In this document: positions 12,633 to 24,650 of the stretch, piece after piece | How the letters are laid out: every line of letters begins with the position of its first letter | How positions within the stretch are numbered: the first letter of the stretch is position 1 | Assembly (NCBI RefSeq): GCF_001194135.2 | Contig: NC_068983.1 | Coordinates: 51,647,333 to 51,693,341, forward strand | Direction of reading: 5' to 3' | Length of the DNA: 46,009 nucleotides | Source: Octopus bimaculoides | Lineage: Eukaryota | The notes under the pieces: model-generated | Databases searched by the model: none | What the model was told of the DNA's origin: nothing | Seen by the model: only the letters and a program-made list of their open reading frames with translations | Made by a program: the position numbers and the translations under genes

Positions 12633-13049
12633 ACTCTCTTACTCTTTTACTCTTTTACTTGTTTCAGTCATTTCACTGTGACCATGTTGGAGTACCACCT
12701 TTAGTCGAGCAAATCGACCCCATGACTTATTCTTTGTAAGCCTAGTACTTATTATATCGGCCTCCTTTGCCGAACCGCTAAGTTAAGGGGACGTAAACAC
12801 AACAACATCGGTTGTCAAGTGATGTTGGGGGGGGGACACAGACACACACGCACACACACACACATATATATGTACATACATATATACGACGGGTTTCTTT
12901 CAGTTTCCGTCTACGAAATCCACTCACAAGGCTATGGCGGGCCCGAGGCTATAGTTGAAGACACTTGCCCAAGGTGCCACGCAGTGGGACTGAACCTGGA
13001 ACGATGTGGTTCGTAAGCGAGCTACTTACTACACAGCCACTCCTACGCC
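12633..13049 (-). mobile_element. tRNA-derived SINE, family A, full length with internal TA/TG tract
   Basis: Head GGCGTAGGAGTGGCTGTGTAGTAAG with B-box GGTTCAGTCCC, internal microsatellite at about 12835-12885, 3' body GTCGATTTGCTCGACTAAAGG, and a (GTAAAAGA)n tail. Confidence 0.9.
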
Positions 13050-13552
13050 TATATCTATATATANNNNNNNNNNNNNNNNNNNNNNNNNNNNNNNNNNNNN
13101 NNNNNNNNNNNNNNNNNNNNNNNNNNNNNNNNNNNNNNNNNNNNNNNNNNNNNNNNNNNNNNNNNNNNNNNNNNNNNNNNNNNNNNNNNNNNNNNNNNNN
13201 NNNNNNNNNNNNNNNNNNNNNNNNNNNNNNNNNNNNNNNNNNNTATATATATATATATATATACATGCATATATATTAAAACATACATACATTCATACAT
13301 ACATATATCCGTCCCTGTCATTAAATATACGAACTATTTATGCGCTGCACAAAAGAATTTACTAACCTGAAATGTACAGAGTCGTGTTTGGTGCAGTAGT
13401 AGATTAATGCATCAATATCATTATCTCTATTTTTCGTTATTTGGGAGACATATTGATATCTTCTTATATGCGAATGAATTTAGTACAGGAAATGAACATA
13501 TGCTTACAAATATTTAAGATTAGTAAATGAGGCTTAATAATCACCGAATGGT

Positions 13553-13730
13553 GGGAAAAAGGATCAGTTGATTAAATAAACTCCAGTACTTGACTGGTAT
13601 CTCTTAAATTGATCCTGAATGGATGAAATGCAAAGTTGAAAAAGCAACAATTACTATAATGAATGATTTCTAACATAGGCACAAGGCCACATTTTTGGTG
13701 GGTACAGGATCAGTTGATTAATTAAATTCC
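13553..13730 (-). mobile_element. Two decayed 3' fragments of SINE family B
   Basis: AGGATCAGTTGATTA occurs twice, plus GGATGAAATGCAAAGTTGA and TTCTAACATAGGCACAAGGCC, matching the reverse complement of the family 3' part. Confidence 0.55.
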
Positions 13731-14144
13731 ATGTTTACGGAGGAACAAATGGAACAGTTATTTGATGCTGATAGTGACGTTGAATTTGAAGGATTTGAAT
13801 AAATGTTTTTCCTATTTTTGCTTTTGTAATTGATAGTGATAAATATGTAAAGGCAATTTACTTACTATTTATTTTCACTGACGTTATTACTGTTATTTCT
13901 TTATTTTCTGCAAAGAAAGTGCATAAAAAAGTACAAGTTTGCATTATGTAATATATACAATAATAATAAAGCACGTTACCGGAAATATGTTTACACACCA
14001 AGGATGTTAAATAGACCTCCTTGACTCAAGTTAGAGAAGGCGTGCGTATTATACACAATGTTTAGGTTTTTTCAAAGGTACAGCCCCCTAAAATTCCCCT
14101 GCGTATTATACTCAAGGGCGGACTATACTCGAGGAATTACGGTA
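13731..14144 (+). mobile_element. 3' end of a pogo/Tc2-like DNA transposon (acidic transposase C-terminus plus right TIR)
   Basis: 13731-13802 encodes MFTEEQMEQLFDADSDVEFEGFE*, an acidic tail of the type seen in pogo-like transposases. The end GCGTATTATACTCAAGGGCGGACTATACTCGAGGAATTACGG-TA has subterminal GCGTATTATAC repeats and a terminal TA. Confidence 0.55.
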
Positions 14145-15888
14145 TATATATTAAACTAATCTATTTGTACTAATTTATTTACAAATCATTTTTGTTAATT
14201 CGTTTACAGTGCCCAACTCCTCCACTGGCATATGCTATCAGACTAACGCCAGTCGAATTTGAATGGTTTGAAAACTTCCAGCATCCATCAAATACATACC
14301 ACGTGTACATTTGATAAGTATCAATACTAGCATCTCAAGCATACTGGGATATATACTTGCAGGGAAAGAGAGGATGGCACATGAAGTTTTAGAAAATTAA
14401 ATCAATGAATGTAAATCAATGGAAATAACGTGAGAAATGGAAACAGAAAACGATAATAATGAGGTGATACAATAACTGCAGAAAGGAGCGTATGCATTCG
14501 AAATATCATCATGCTATAAGAATTTTCAGGAGAGATATGAATACATAAAATAAGTGACAATTGGAAAATCATTTGAAGCAAATATATAAGCCGTTCTATA
14601 GGGATTATATTTGCCCATCAGTAAATAGTTATAGCATGATTAATCGTTAAAAATATGACTATTTGCTCCTTTGAGACTTTCGTTTTTCGTAGGCGAAAAT
14701 TTTAGGATGAATTTTTTCAGAGATATTAATTATTAACCATTGTGTTTGGAAACCTGATTATTTTTTCAACTTCATTTTCGCATTTAGTGTGTGTGAGTGT
14801 GTGTGTGTGAGTTCACGTATATGTGCGCGCGCGAGCGTGTGTGTTGATCTAAAATGGATTAACTTCAAGGCAAATATTTCCATCACTGACGTGTTCCATA
14901 ATTATATGTTCCTTTTCATTTATTTCTACATAGGGTAGTCTTTCTTTTCAATATTTTTNNNNNNNNNNNNNNNNNNNNNNNNNNNNNNNNNNNNNNNNNN
15001 NNNNNNNNNNNNNNNNNNNNNNNNNNNNNNNNNNNNNNNNNNNNNNNNNNNNNNNNNNNNNNNNNNNNNNNNNNNNNNNNNNNNNNNNNNNNNNNNNNNN
15101 NNNNNNNNNNNNNNNNNNNNNNNNNNNNNNNNNNNNNNNNNNNNNNNNNNNNNNNNNNNNNNNNNNNNNNNNNNNNNNNNNNNNNNNNNNNNNNNNNNNN
15201 NNNNNNNNNNNNNNNNNNNNNNNNNNNNNNNNNNNNNNNNNNNNNNNNNNNNNNNNNNNNNNNNNNNNNNNNNNNNNNNNNNNNNNNNNNNNNNNNNNNN
15301 NNNNNNNNNNNNNNNNNNNNNNNNNNNNNNNNNNNNNNNNNNNNNNNNNNNNNNNNNNNNNNNNNNNNNNNNNNNNNNNNNNNNNNNNNNNNNNNNNNNN
15401 NNNNNNNNNNNNNNNNNNNNNNNNNNNNNNNNNNNNNNNNNNNNNNNNNNNNNNNNNNNNNNNNNNNNNNNNNNNNNNNNNNNNNNNNNNNNNNNNNNNN
15501 NNNNNNNNNNNNNNNNNNNNNNNNNNNNNNNNNNNNNNNNNNNNNNNNNNNNNNNNNNNNNNNNNNNNNNNNNNNNNNNNNNNNNNNNNNNNNNNNNNNN
15601 NNNNNNNNNNNNNNNNNNNNNNNNNNNNNNNNNNNNNNNNNNNNNNNNNNNNNNNNNNNNNNNNNNNNNNNNNNNNNNNNNNNNNNNNNNNNNNNNNNNN
15701 NNNNNNNNNNNNNNNNNNNNNNNNNNNNNNNNNNNNNNNNNNNNNNNNNNNNNNNNNNNNNNNNNNNNNNNNNNNNNNNNNNNNNNNNNNNNNNNNNNNN
15801 NNNNNNNNNNNNNNNNNNNNNNNNNNNNNNNNNNNNNNNNNNNNNNNNNNNNNNNNNNNNNNNNNNNNNNNNNNNNNNNNNNNNNNNN

Positions 15889-15925
<37 letters not shown>

Positions 15926-15944
15926 CCATGAATTATCCTTGTTT

Positions 15945-16440
15945 TTGCATTGTTATTTTACATTATATATCGGCGCTGTTCGGTACAACTCCATACAACT
16001 GTTGACGACACACATATTTCATTTTTAATAATAACTATAATGATATATTATTTATTTAATATATGATCCCTTTAACGCCATTAAACCTGAACAATTGACC
16101 GTAAAAACATTGGCCGAACCACTGGGAAATGAACACATCTATGCTTACATGGCTCCATACGAACCTAATTCAGCTACGTAGCCCACCTATCAATTACAGG
16201 CAATTTTAACGTATATTTTATTGTATTTTACTGTATATATTTATATAAATTTGTAAGCCCGAACGTTGAAAAATACGGAGAAGAGCGACACCCACAGGTC
16301 TTTTTTAATAATAACTTCAATTATACATTATTATTTATTATATACTCCATTTAAAGCGACTAAACCTAAACAATTCACCGAAAAAAATGGGACGAACCAC
16401 TGGGAACTGAACACGGCGTCAATGCTTACATGGCTCGTCA
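15945..16440. repeat. Imperfect direct duplication, period about 281 bp
   Basis: TTTTTAATAATAACT...AAACCT(G/A)AACAATT(G/C)ACCG...CGAACCACTGGGAA..GAACAC...ATGCTTACATGGCTC occurs in both copies (the last motif at 16141 and 16422). Confidence 0.85.
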
Positions 16441-16992
16441 CTTTAAATGGAGATATATTAAATAAGTAATATATAATTATAGTTATTACACTTAAATATA
16501 TATACTTATGCATATGCATGTGTGCGTGGGCGTGTGTAATTATGTACTTCATCTTGTAAATAAAAGATTAACAATCAGGGTAATACAATCCAATTGATAA
16601 CGTCATGCACTAGTTTTTCGATATTTCGTAACATATCGACGAAATTATTTCATATTACCGAAGATAAAATTGACTGAGTCCAAAACAATCAATCTGCTAT
16701 TAGGCATCACACTGCTATTTCCTATTACCAGTTGCTTTTTAAAAAACTCGGTAGCATGAATTATTATTTTGAGTGTGTTCAGATTTTAATTTTTATCATC
16801 CTGTCAAAATATAAATTACGTTTCCGGAACATTTTCTTACATAAATTACCATTGCTTACAAGATTCCACATGCATTTAGGTTCTTATCGCAATACAGTGA
16901 TCTCTTTTGTCATTGCCTCTACTGTAATTCCTATGGCGATGGAAGAGTGGTGACGAGTGTAGACCAAACCAGGTGGCAGCGCGAAATAAGTT

Positions 16993-17100
16993 ACAAATTT
17001 CGTCTGCCATTTCTGCTTCAAACCATGCAGACCTGCAACAGAGCTAGATAGACATGAACGGAGATTAAATCGATTAAAAGAGTATAGCACGCTATTTTGA
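16993..17100 (+). mobile_element. Possible RTE-clade LINE C-terminal zinc-finger remnant
   Basis: TNFVCHFCFKPCRPATELDRHERR fits the CxxC-x3-C-x8-H pattern at RTE ORF ends. No RT remnant is recognisable nearby. Confidence 0.3.
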
Positions 17101-17254
17101 GGCATGGTGTGGTTGACAATGTTTGTCTTCACCGCTGTATTATTCTTACGACTTAACACAGCGAAGAACGCTCATACACATACAGCATATATATATATAA
17201 TAGAAATTTTATTATTTCTAAATCTCCCAAAGAGAAATATACGGCAACAGCGCC

Positions 17255-17760
17255 ATGAAGTAATGACTTTTTGTCAATATTATGTGGCAGTATCAGGATG
17301 GGATTAATGTTACTGTTATTTAACTCCAGGAAAGATTGTTTCCAGCTGGCTACACGAAGTAAAAAGAATTGTGTCCTTATATCTGTGGCGAAATAACAGT
17401 AACATTACGTTGGCAAAATGTCATTAATTTATGGTGCTGTTAGAAATAATAACATTTCTATTTTGTAGATCAGTGACTGTGTGTCACTTTGAAATCTATA
17501 TATTTTCGACAGCATTTCAGTGGTGACATCTAGCTAAAAAATCTATTCACGCTGATAAAGTGCAATAACCCAGAAACCGGCTCGTGGATGCAAAGTTTTG
17601 CTGGCTGGAGCTACTGATCACCCCGTTTTCGAAAATATAAGGACAGAACTTTCCATGTCGTATAGGCAGCTGGAAACGATATTTCCTGGGGCTAAATAAC
17701 AGTAATATTCGTCCCATCCTAGGACTGCCACATTAGGTTGGCAAAATGTCATTACCTCAT
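17255..17760. mobile_element. Foldback/MITE-like element with ~125-bp imperfect terminal inverted repeats
   Basis: 17255-17382 aligns to the reverse complement of 17635-17760 (about 80% identity by eye). No coding capacity and no clear TSD. Confidence 0.75.
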
Positions 17761-18549
17761 ATATAGGTTCTATTACCTATGTAAGCATGTGTGTGTGCTT
17801 TACATTCGCGCTTTCACATTTATGGAGAATAAGGTACTTTTGCTGACACCGGGTAACCAAAAGCATCCACTTTTTACACGTACCGATTCATAATCCAGGC
17901 ATAACATATACTTTGATGGAGTAATGTTCCTACTTTTACTCGGCGTTGTATTAACATGCTTTGAGAAACTAGTGTGTATTCAGCTATAATATACACGTGA
18001 TGTAGCTTCGTCAGATACACGTGCTATACAATCAAACATGGGCAAGGCAACGCTATTGAAAATGTAGTTGTGTGCCTGATACTATTTACAATATGCAAAA
18101 TTAAGCCAGTAACGGAATATAGAAAATTGCATGATACTGAAGGAAAAATGAATTCAGATACATAAATTTCAAATGCAAAACTGTAAAAATAGAAAACATA
18201 AAATGAAAGTAAATATACTCATAGTAATATTCTAAAATATAAAATATTTTATTTGTGAATACAAATAGAATACATTGACAGATTTTATTAATATAGAAAC
18301 ATAATTATACAGAATGGATATCCGAATATGTGAGAAATTTTAATATTATGATATTTTGTGTTGTATTTCATGCATAGTAAAAAGCAGATATCTAACTTAT
18401 CTTTTGTTAAGAGAATTCGCAAGAAATTTGCTAAGAAAGACATGACGATTGAGTAAAAATAATACATTTCAAAGTGAAAATTGCTTAGCAATTCCTTAAC
18501 CCTAGTTCAACGAACGATAGAGATTATAAATAGATGCATTTTACATCAA

Positions 18550-18860
18550 GCGCAGGTATGACTCTGTAGTTAAAAAGCACATTTTCTAGCCGAACCGCTT
18601 CAGGTTCATTTCCAATGTGCTGAACTTCGAAAAGTAAGTACTTTTATAGCTTCGGGACCACCAATGACGTGTGTGAGTTTACCATCTACGACTTTAACAG
18701 CCGCCATTCATGCGCTTGCATCTTTGTAACTTACCGGCTTTGGTACAATTGACTGACGGAATATGAAACACGCTTGAAAGATATAAGTACTAGAGTTGAT
18801 TTTGTTCTCGATTAAAACCTTTGAGGTGGTAACCAAGCATAACCACTTTGTCATTGAATT
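18550..18860 (+). mobile_element. tRNA-derived SINE, family A, heavily decayed full-length copy
   Basis: GCGCAGGTATGACTCTGTAGTTAAAAAGC...AGGTTCATTTCC...CTTTTATAGCTTCGGGACCACCAATG...ATAAGTACTAG...CTCGATTAAAACC aligns in order to the 12633-13049 copy. Confidence 0.6.
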
Positions 18861-20451
18861 CCTTTTATGCATTTGAAAATTATTACAACATCAATGCCTG
18901 AATTATAATTATATCAATTATCAATGTCTAAATTATAAATATATCAATACCTGGATAGTGGTGATAAAAAATAATGAATATTTCAATATATAAAGCGGTT
19001 TCGGATGAAATTAAACAGTTTTCGTAAAAGACAAATAAAATAAAATATCCCAACCCAAATAAAAGTATTTATAAAAAAAATCAAGAACTTGCAAAATAAT
19101 CTCTCTCGTCACTCCCTACAACATCCACATGCAACTAATTTGCAGGTGTTTCTTTCATATATCGTGAAGTATTATACATTGATCAATCACCACAGAGTTG
19201 ATGTCTATATGAGACGCTATACTCATCAATGTTAAAGCATATATCAGGATTTATCTTCCCTTGCTATACATACTGTACATGCTGCCAGGAAACCTATTGA
19301 AAAACATTTAAAGAAGGTATAATCTACATATAAAAGTTTATTAAATCAAAACAACAATCTGAAATTCATACATCTGATTGTTATGTATAAACACCAAATT
19401 TTTTAACTGTCTAACCATCACAAGTTTGAACGGCTGCGCTTTTGTATATCAAGCCGATAATATTGTTTAATATGTAAAAGCATTCTTCCTTCTTCAATCA
19501 GGTAGGTCTTCATATACTTCTATTTTACATATATATCCGTTTAATTTTCATTCCAGATTGTCTGTATTCCGAATAGTTTTTATTTTATGTGCAATATTCC
19601 CTTACGTATGGACTAAAATACTTGATCTGAATAAACACACTACTTCTTACATTATACATCAGCATGTGCACAGGAACGTTCAGAGAGCAGTTACTGAAAG
19701 CTCATTTCTAACGTTTCACGTACAGAAATAAAAAGAAAAGAAGCTATACCATACTATTACACAATATCTAATATTGAAAACTGACAATAAGAAATTTGAC
19801 ATCCTCTAGACGAAGCGTATGCATTGAAGCAGATTTTATTGCAGTAACTATACTGATAGAAACACTATTTAATCCATTTCGCCGAGGATTATTTCTTTTC
19901 TGAGAAAAAAAAACAAAATCTGTTATTCTATTATAGAGCCAGCCTAACTCAATAAGCGTCAAACAGCAAAACTTCGGGATGAAAATCAAATTCTTTTCTG
20001 TTTTTCTGTAACAATCATAACTTATAATCTTCCTTTGACCATTTTACTAAACTGTAATGGAAGTAAATTCATAATAGATGCACATACTATGAAGGAATAC
20101 CAGCTAAATAGCAGGAATAAGGTAAACCATTTTCTAAACAAGCAATTTAAACTGTAATACGATTCCTCCGGATATCTAACTATTAATTCAGCTATAGTTA
20201 TATGCCATGATATTAAACTCATTATCGATAATCGTTATGAAAACGATTAGAAAAATTATGAAGTCGTTGATAAAGAAAGCAATTAAGACAGCCAAGATAT
20301 TACTATTAATCAAATTAATATTAAATGGTGTTATTCATTTAGACAACACATCTCAAGTAGTATTACTATCGTCAAAGTAATAATGACACTTATATTTGAA
20401 TGATATTTATAATACAAATATTCATAAAAGTAGTAATTATGTTATTAATAT

Positions 20452-20652
20452 TGGTTTCAATCTTTGGCACAAGACCGGTGTTTTCAGGACAGAGGTTGAT
20501 CAGTATACGTACATAACTGGTACTTATTTTAAACACCCCGAAATGATAAAAGGCAACCACGCCCTATGTGGTATTTGAACTCAGAATATACACACCGTAG
20601 AAATTCCGCTACACATTTTACCCCGGCGTGGTAACAAGTCTCCTGGTTCACC
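20452..20652 (-). mobile_element. tRNA-derived SINE, family B, decayed
   Basis: TTTCAATCTTTGGCACAAGACC...AACTGGTACTTATTTT...GATAAAAGGCAA...GGTATTTGAACTCAGAA is the reverse complement of the family. Confidence 0.7.
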
Positions 20653-22160
20653 GTCTTTCTTATGTTATTATTATTCACAGAAACAGCATTATTATTGGCT
20701 ATGATACTCATAGTAATGATTATCAGAGTAATCATAATTTAAATATTACTAAACTATATATAAAAAAGTAAGAAAAATATTTCAAATATCAAGAACTTTC
20801 ATATTGGTCAATTCGTAAATAACGATAATAATGACGTTGATTATAATGCAGAAGAAAAGGAGGATGAGAAATAAGAGAGAATAACGATCGTATAAACATG
20901 CATTCAACTAAAATATCGGTGATCGAAAATATATGATTCCATTCACAAATATATATGGAATCACATAAAACTGCATGTAGCTGGAAGTAGAAATTTTAGA
21001 GCTCATAGTTTATTCCTGTGATATGTTTCAAATTGGCTGAATGAAAAGTAATTTTGCTGAACAAAGATTAAAGGATATTCATGAAAATATCTAAAGATCA
21101 GTGTCTGCTACCGATAATGCAAGCTAATCCATGTTGGCGATATTGGACACCGCCAAACACAAGTAGTTTTTCTTCATTTTCTTGTAGCATATAGATTCTT
21201 ATATATTCGGTTACACTATTTTATGATACTTTATACATACGTATGCACACACACACACACACACACACNNNNNNNNNNNNNNNNNNNNNNNNNNNNNNNN
21301 NNNNNNNNNNNNNNNNNNNNNNNNNNNNNNNNNNNNNNNNNNNNNNNNNNNNNNNNNNNNNNNNNNNNNNNNNNNNNNNNNNNNNNNNNNNNNNNNNNNN
21401 NNNNNNNNNNNNNNNNNNNNNNNNNNNNNNNNNNNNNNNNNNNNNNNNNNNNNNNNNNNNNNNNNNNNNNNNNNNNNNNNNNNNNNNNNNNNNNNNNNNN
21501 NNNNNNNNNNNNNNNNNNNNNNNNNNNNNNNNNNNNNNNNNNNNNNNNNNNNNNNNNNNNNNNNNNNNNNNNNNNNNNNNNNNNNNNNNNNNNNNNNNNN
21601 NNNNNNNNNNNNNNNNNNNNNNNNNNNNNNNNNNNNNNNNNNNNNNNNNNNNNNNNNNNNNNNNNNNNNNNNNNNNNNNNNNNNNNNNNNNNNNNNNNNN
21701 NNNNNNNNNNNNNNNNNNNNNNNNNNNNNNNNNNNNNNNNNNNNNNNNNNNNNNNNNNNNNNNNNNNNNNNNNNNNNNNNNNNNNNNNNNNNNNNNNNNN
21801 NNNNNNNNNNNNNNNNNNNNNNNNNNNNNNNNNNNNNNNNNNNNNNNNNNNNNNNNNNNNNNNNNNNNNNNNNNNNNNNNNNNNNNNNNNNNNNNNNNNN
21901 NNNNNNNNNNNNNNNNNNNNNNNNNNNNNNNNNNNNNNNNNNNNNNNNNNNNNNNNNNNNNNNNNNNNNNNNNNNNNNNNNNNNNNNNNNNNNNNNNNNN
22001 NNNNNNNNNNNNNNNNNNNNNNNNNNNNNNNNNNNNNNNNNNNNNNNNNNNNNNNNNNNNNNNNNNNNNNNNNNNNNNNNNNNNNNNNNNNNNNNNNNNN
22101 NNNNNNNNNNNNNNNNNNNNNNNNNNNNNNNNNNNNNNNNNNNNNNNNNNNNNNNNNNNN

Positions 22161-22200
<40 letters not shown>

Positions 22201-23731
22201 CATATATGCTGTGAATTTTGGTTATTATTTAATTGTATTGATTAATGGTCAACTTAACGGCAATACCTCTAATTGGCCTGAAAGTTATTGCACCGATACA
22301 GCGAAAGATTATTTTTGTACACGATTTAGAAATCCACATAACATATTCTTCAGTCTAATAGATAATTTACGACTAGCATCTCTGTTTTGATATAATTCAT
22401 TAGAGATATAAGAGGGCAGACACAGATCGAATCGTTTCAAATAAATCTACAACAAAAATGATGGATGAATTGGCCAAATATGTGTGTATGTGTGTGTTTG
22501 TGTTTTGTGTGTATGTGTGTAATTATGAATATTTATGTATGTGTATCTATATACACATATACGTAATTAACTTTTCAATCCGTGTACCGGAAACGTTGAA
22601 ATATGCAAATAACGATCCTATTCCATTTTGCCGGCCAAAGTCTAATGATGCTAACTGGTGAACCAGTTTTCTGGAGTTGAATCGAGCTGTACCGATATAA
22701 TGTAAAATAAATATAATAATAGTATTAATAATCCTTAGACTGAATAGCAAAATAAATCCAGCACCACAACACACAAATCCATAACTATATAACTACCATT
22801 CCTTCAACTTTATCCATCACCTAACTCGCCTCCCCAAAAACACACGGAAATACACAAATAACTCGATCAAACTTCGCAAAAAGGGATAAACGACCCTTTG
22901 TTAAACATCCATTAATGTTATATAACCTAAAGAAATAAATCGATGAAGATGATCAACCCGATGCCCAAGGATACTACGGACACTACTGTAATCACCTGAG
23001 GAATACGGACTGTGATCTTAAGAGACAGGTGACTTGTGGAAGCGTGCGTAGCGATGAATTAAATGTTTATTAATTCCATCCACGAATTAGTATTATTGTA
23101 ATTGAATATATATGTTTGTGCGGTGTGTGTNNNNNNNNNNNNNNNNNNNNNNNNNNNNNNNNNNNNNNNNNNNNNNNNNNNNNNNNNNNNNNNNNNNNNN
23201 NNNNNNNNNNNNNNNNNNNNNNNNNNNNNNNNNNNNNNNNNNNNNNNNNNNNNNNNNNNNNNNNNNNNNNNNNNNNNNNNNNNNNNNNNNNNNNNNNNNN
23301 NNNNNNNNNNNNNNNNNNNNNNNNNNNNNNNNNNNNNNNNNNNNNNNNNNNNNNNNNNNNNNNNNNNNNNNNNNNNNNNNNNNNNNNNNNNNNNNNNNNN
23401 NNNNNNNNNNNNNNNNNNNNNNNNNNNNNNNNNNNNNNNNNNNNNNNNNNNNNNNNNNNNNNNNNNNNNNNNNNNNNNNNNNNNNNNNNNNNNNNNNNNN
23501 NNNNNNNNNNNNNNNNNNNNNNNNNNNNNNNNNNNNNNNNNNNNNNNNNNNNNNNNNNNNNNNNNNNNNNNNNNNNNNNNNNNNNNNNNNNNNNNNNNNN
23601 NNNNNNNNNNNNNNNNNNNNNNNNNNNNNNNNNNNNNNNNNNNNNNNNNNNNNNNNNNNNNNNNNNNNNNNNNNNNNNNNNNNNNNNNNNNNNNNNNNNN
23701 NNNNNNNNNNTATATATATGTATATGATATT

Positions 23732-23869
23732 GCTTCTTTTAGCCAAAATCACTCACAAGATTTTGCTCGGTCAAAGTTATAGTAGAATAGATTTCCCCGA
23801 GTTGCTATGCAGTGCAGTTGTACCATGCGGTTGGGAAGCAAAATTATTACCACACAGCCATACCTGCGC
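23732..23869 (-). mobile_element. tRNA-derived SINE, family A, 5' half
   Basis: ACTCACAAGATTTTGCTCGG...TATAGTAGAA...ATGCGGTTGGGAAGCAAAATTATTACCACACAGCCATACCTGCGC. Confidence 0.75.
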
Positions 23870-24469
23870 AATCTTATAAACACTGATCTGATAAAATGAT
23901 CTCACCTATGGAGAACAAATATGCAATGGCTTGAAGTAGAATGTGTTCCCCTGAGATGCTATCATATTAAGAATGCATTCAAATGTCAGCCATACATTAA
24001 TCAACACATTCTGTCATTTACCTGTCTTTTTCTTACAGAAAAATCTAGGTATCGTCGTTATTTGAGTTGTATTTGCAAAGCACTCAACACAGTAAAGTTC
24101 ATTACGTGACTCTCATGAAATAATTGAAAATGCTTGTAGTAAACGAATTATTTGGAAGTCAGTTTTCATTATCAACATCATATAAACAAACGGTTGATAA
24201 TTGAATGAAATAATGAAATTTATACACAAGAAGGAAGGTTGCATTTTAGTGGCTTCATATAAAAGTTGAAGTTGATAATCTCATGTGTGAATAGTTTTGA
24301 ATGTTATGTCGTTATGAAAGAGTACTGTTTAAATACATTTTACGTTGTTCAGACACAATGTTGAGAGCTGTTTGAAAATTAAGAATAAACGCCGGTAAAG
24401 AGAAAGACAAAGAGTTAAAAAATCATGCAGTTTTCTCTCAATTAATATACAAGGACAACATCTTTGCTG

Positions 24470-24650
24470 AGAGGGGATGTGAGGGATTAAGTTCGTGCCA
24501 AAGATAGAGTTCTTAAACTGATCGTTTATTCTTTTGAGTGGGCGAAATGAAGGACAATGTTGAAATCAGCGTGAGTAGAACTTAGTGTGTGCAGCAGAAA
24601 CAAATTCCGCGGAGACTTGTCTCTGACGCTCTAACGATTCTGCCAATTCA
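24470..24650 (-). mobile_element. tRNA-derived SINE, family B, highly decayed
   Basis: GAAATGAAGGACAATGTTGA...TAGAACTTAG...CTCTAACGATTCTGCCAATTC. Confidence 0.5.

Noticed and set aside
12645-12690. Family-A SINE tail (minus strand AGUG-AAAU-GACU-GAAAC-AA-GUA-AAAGAG) resembling the 3' half of a hammerhead
   Set aside because: No CUGANGA core upstream and stem II is imperfect; the resemblance is only partial.
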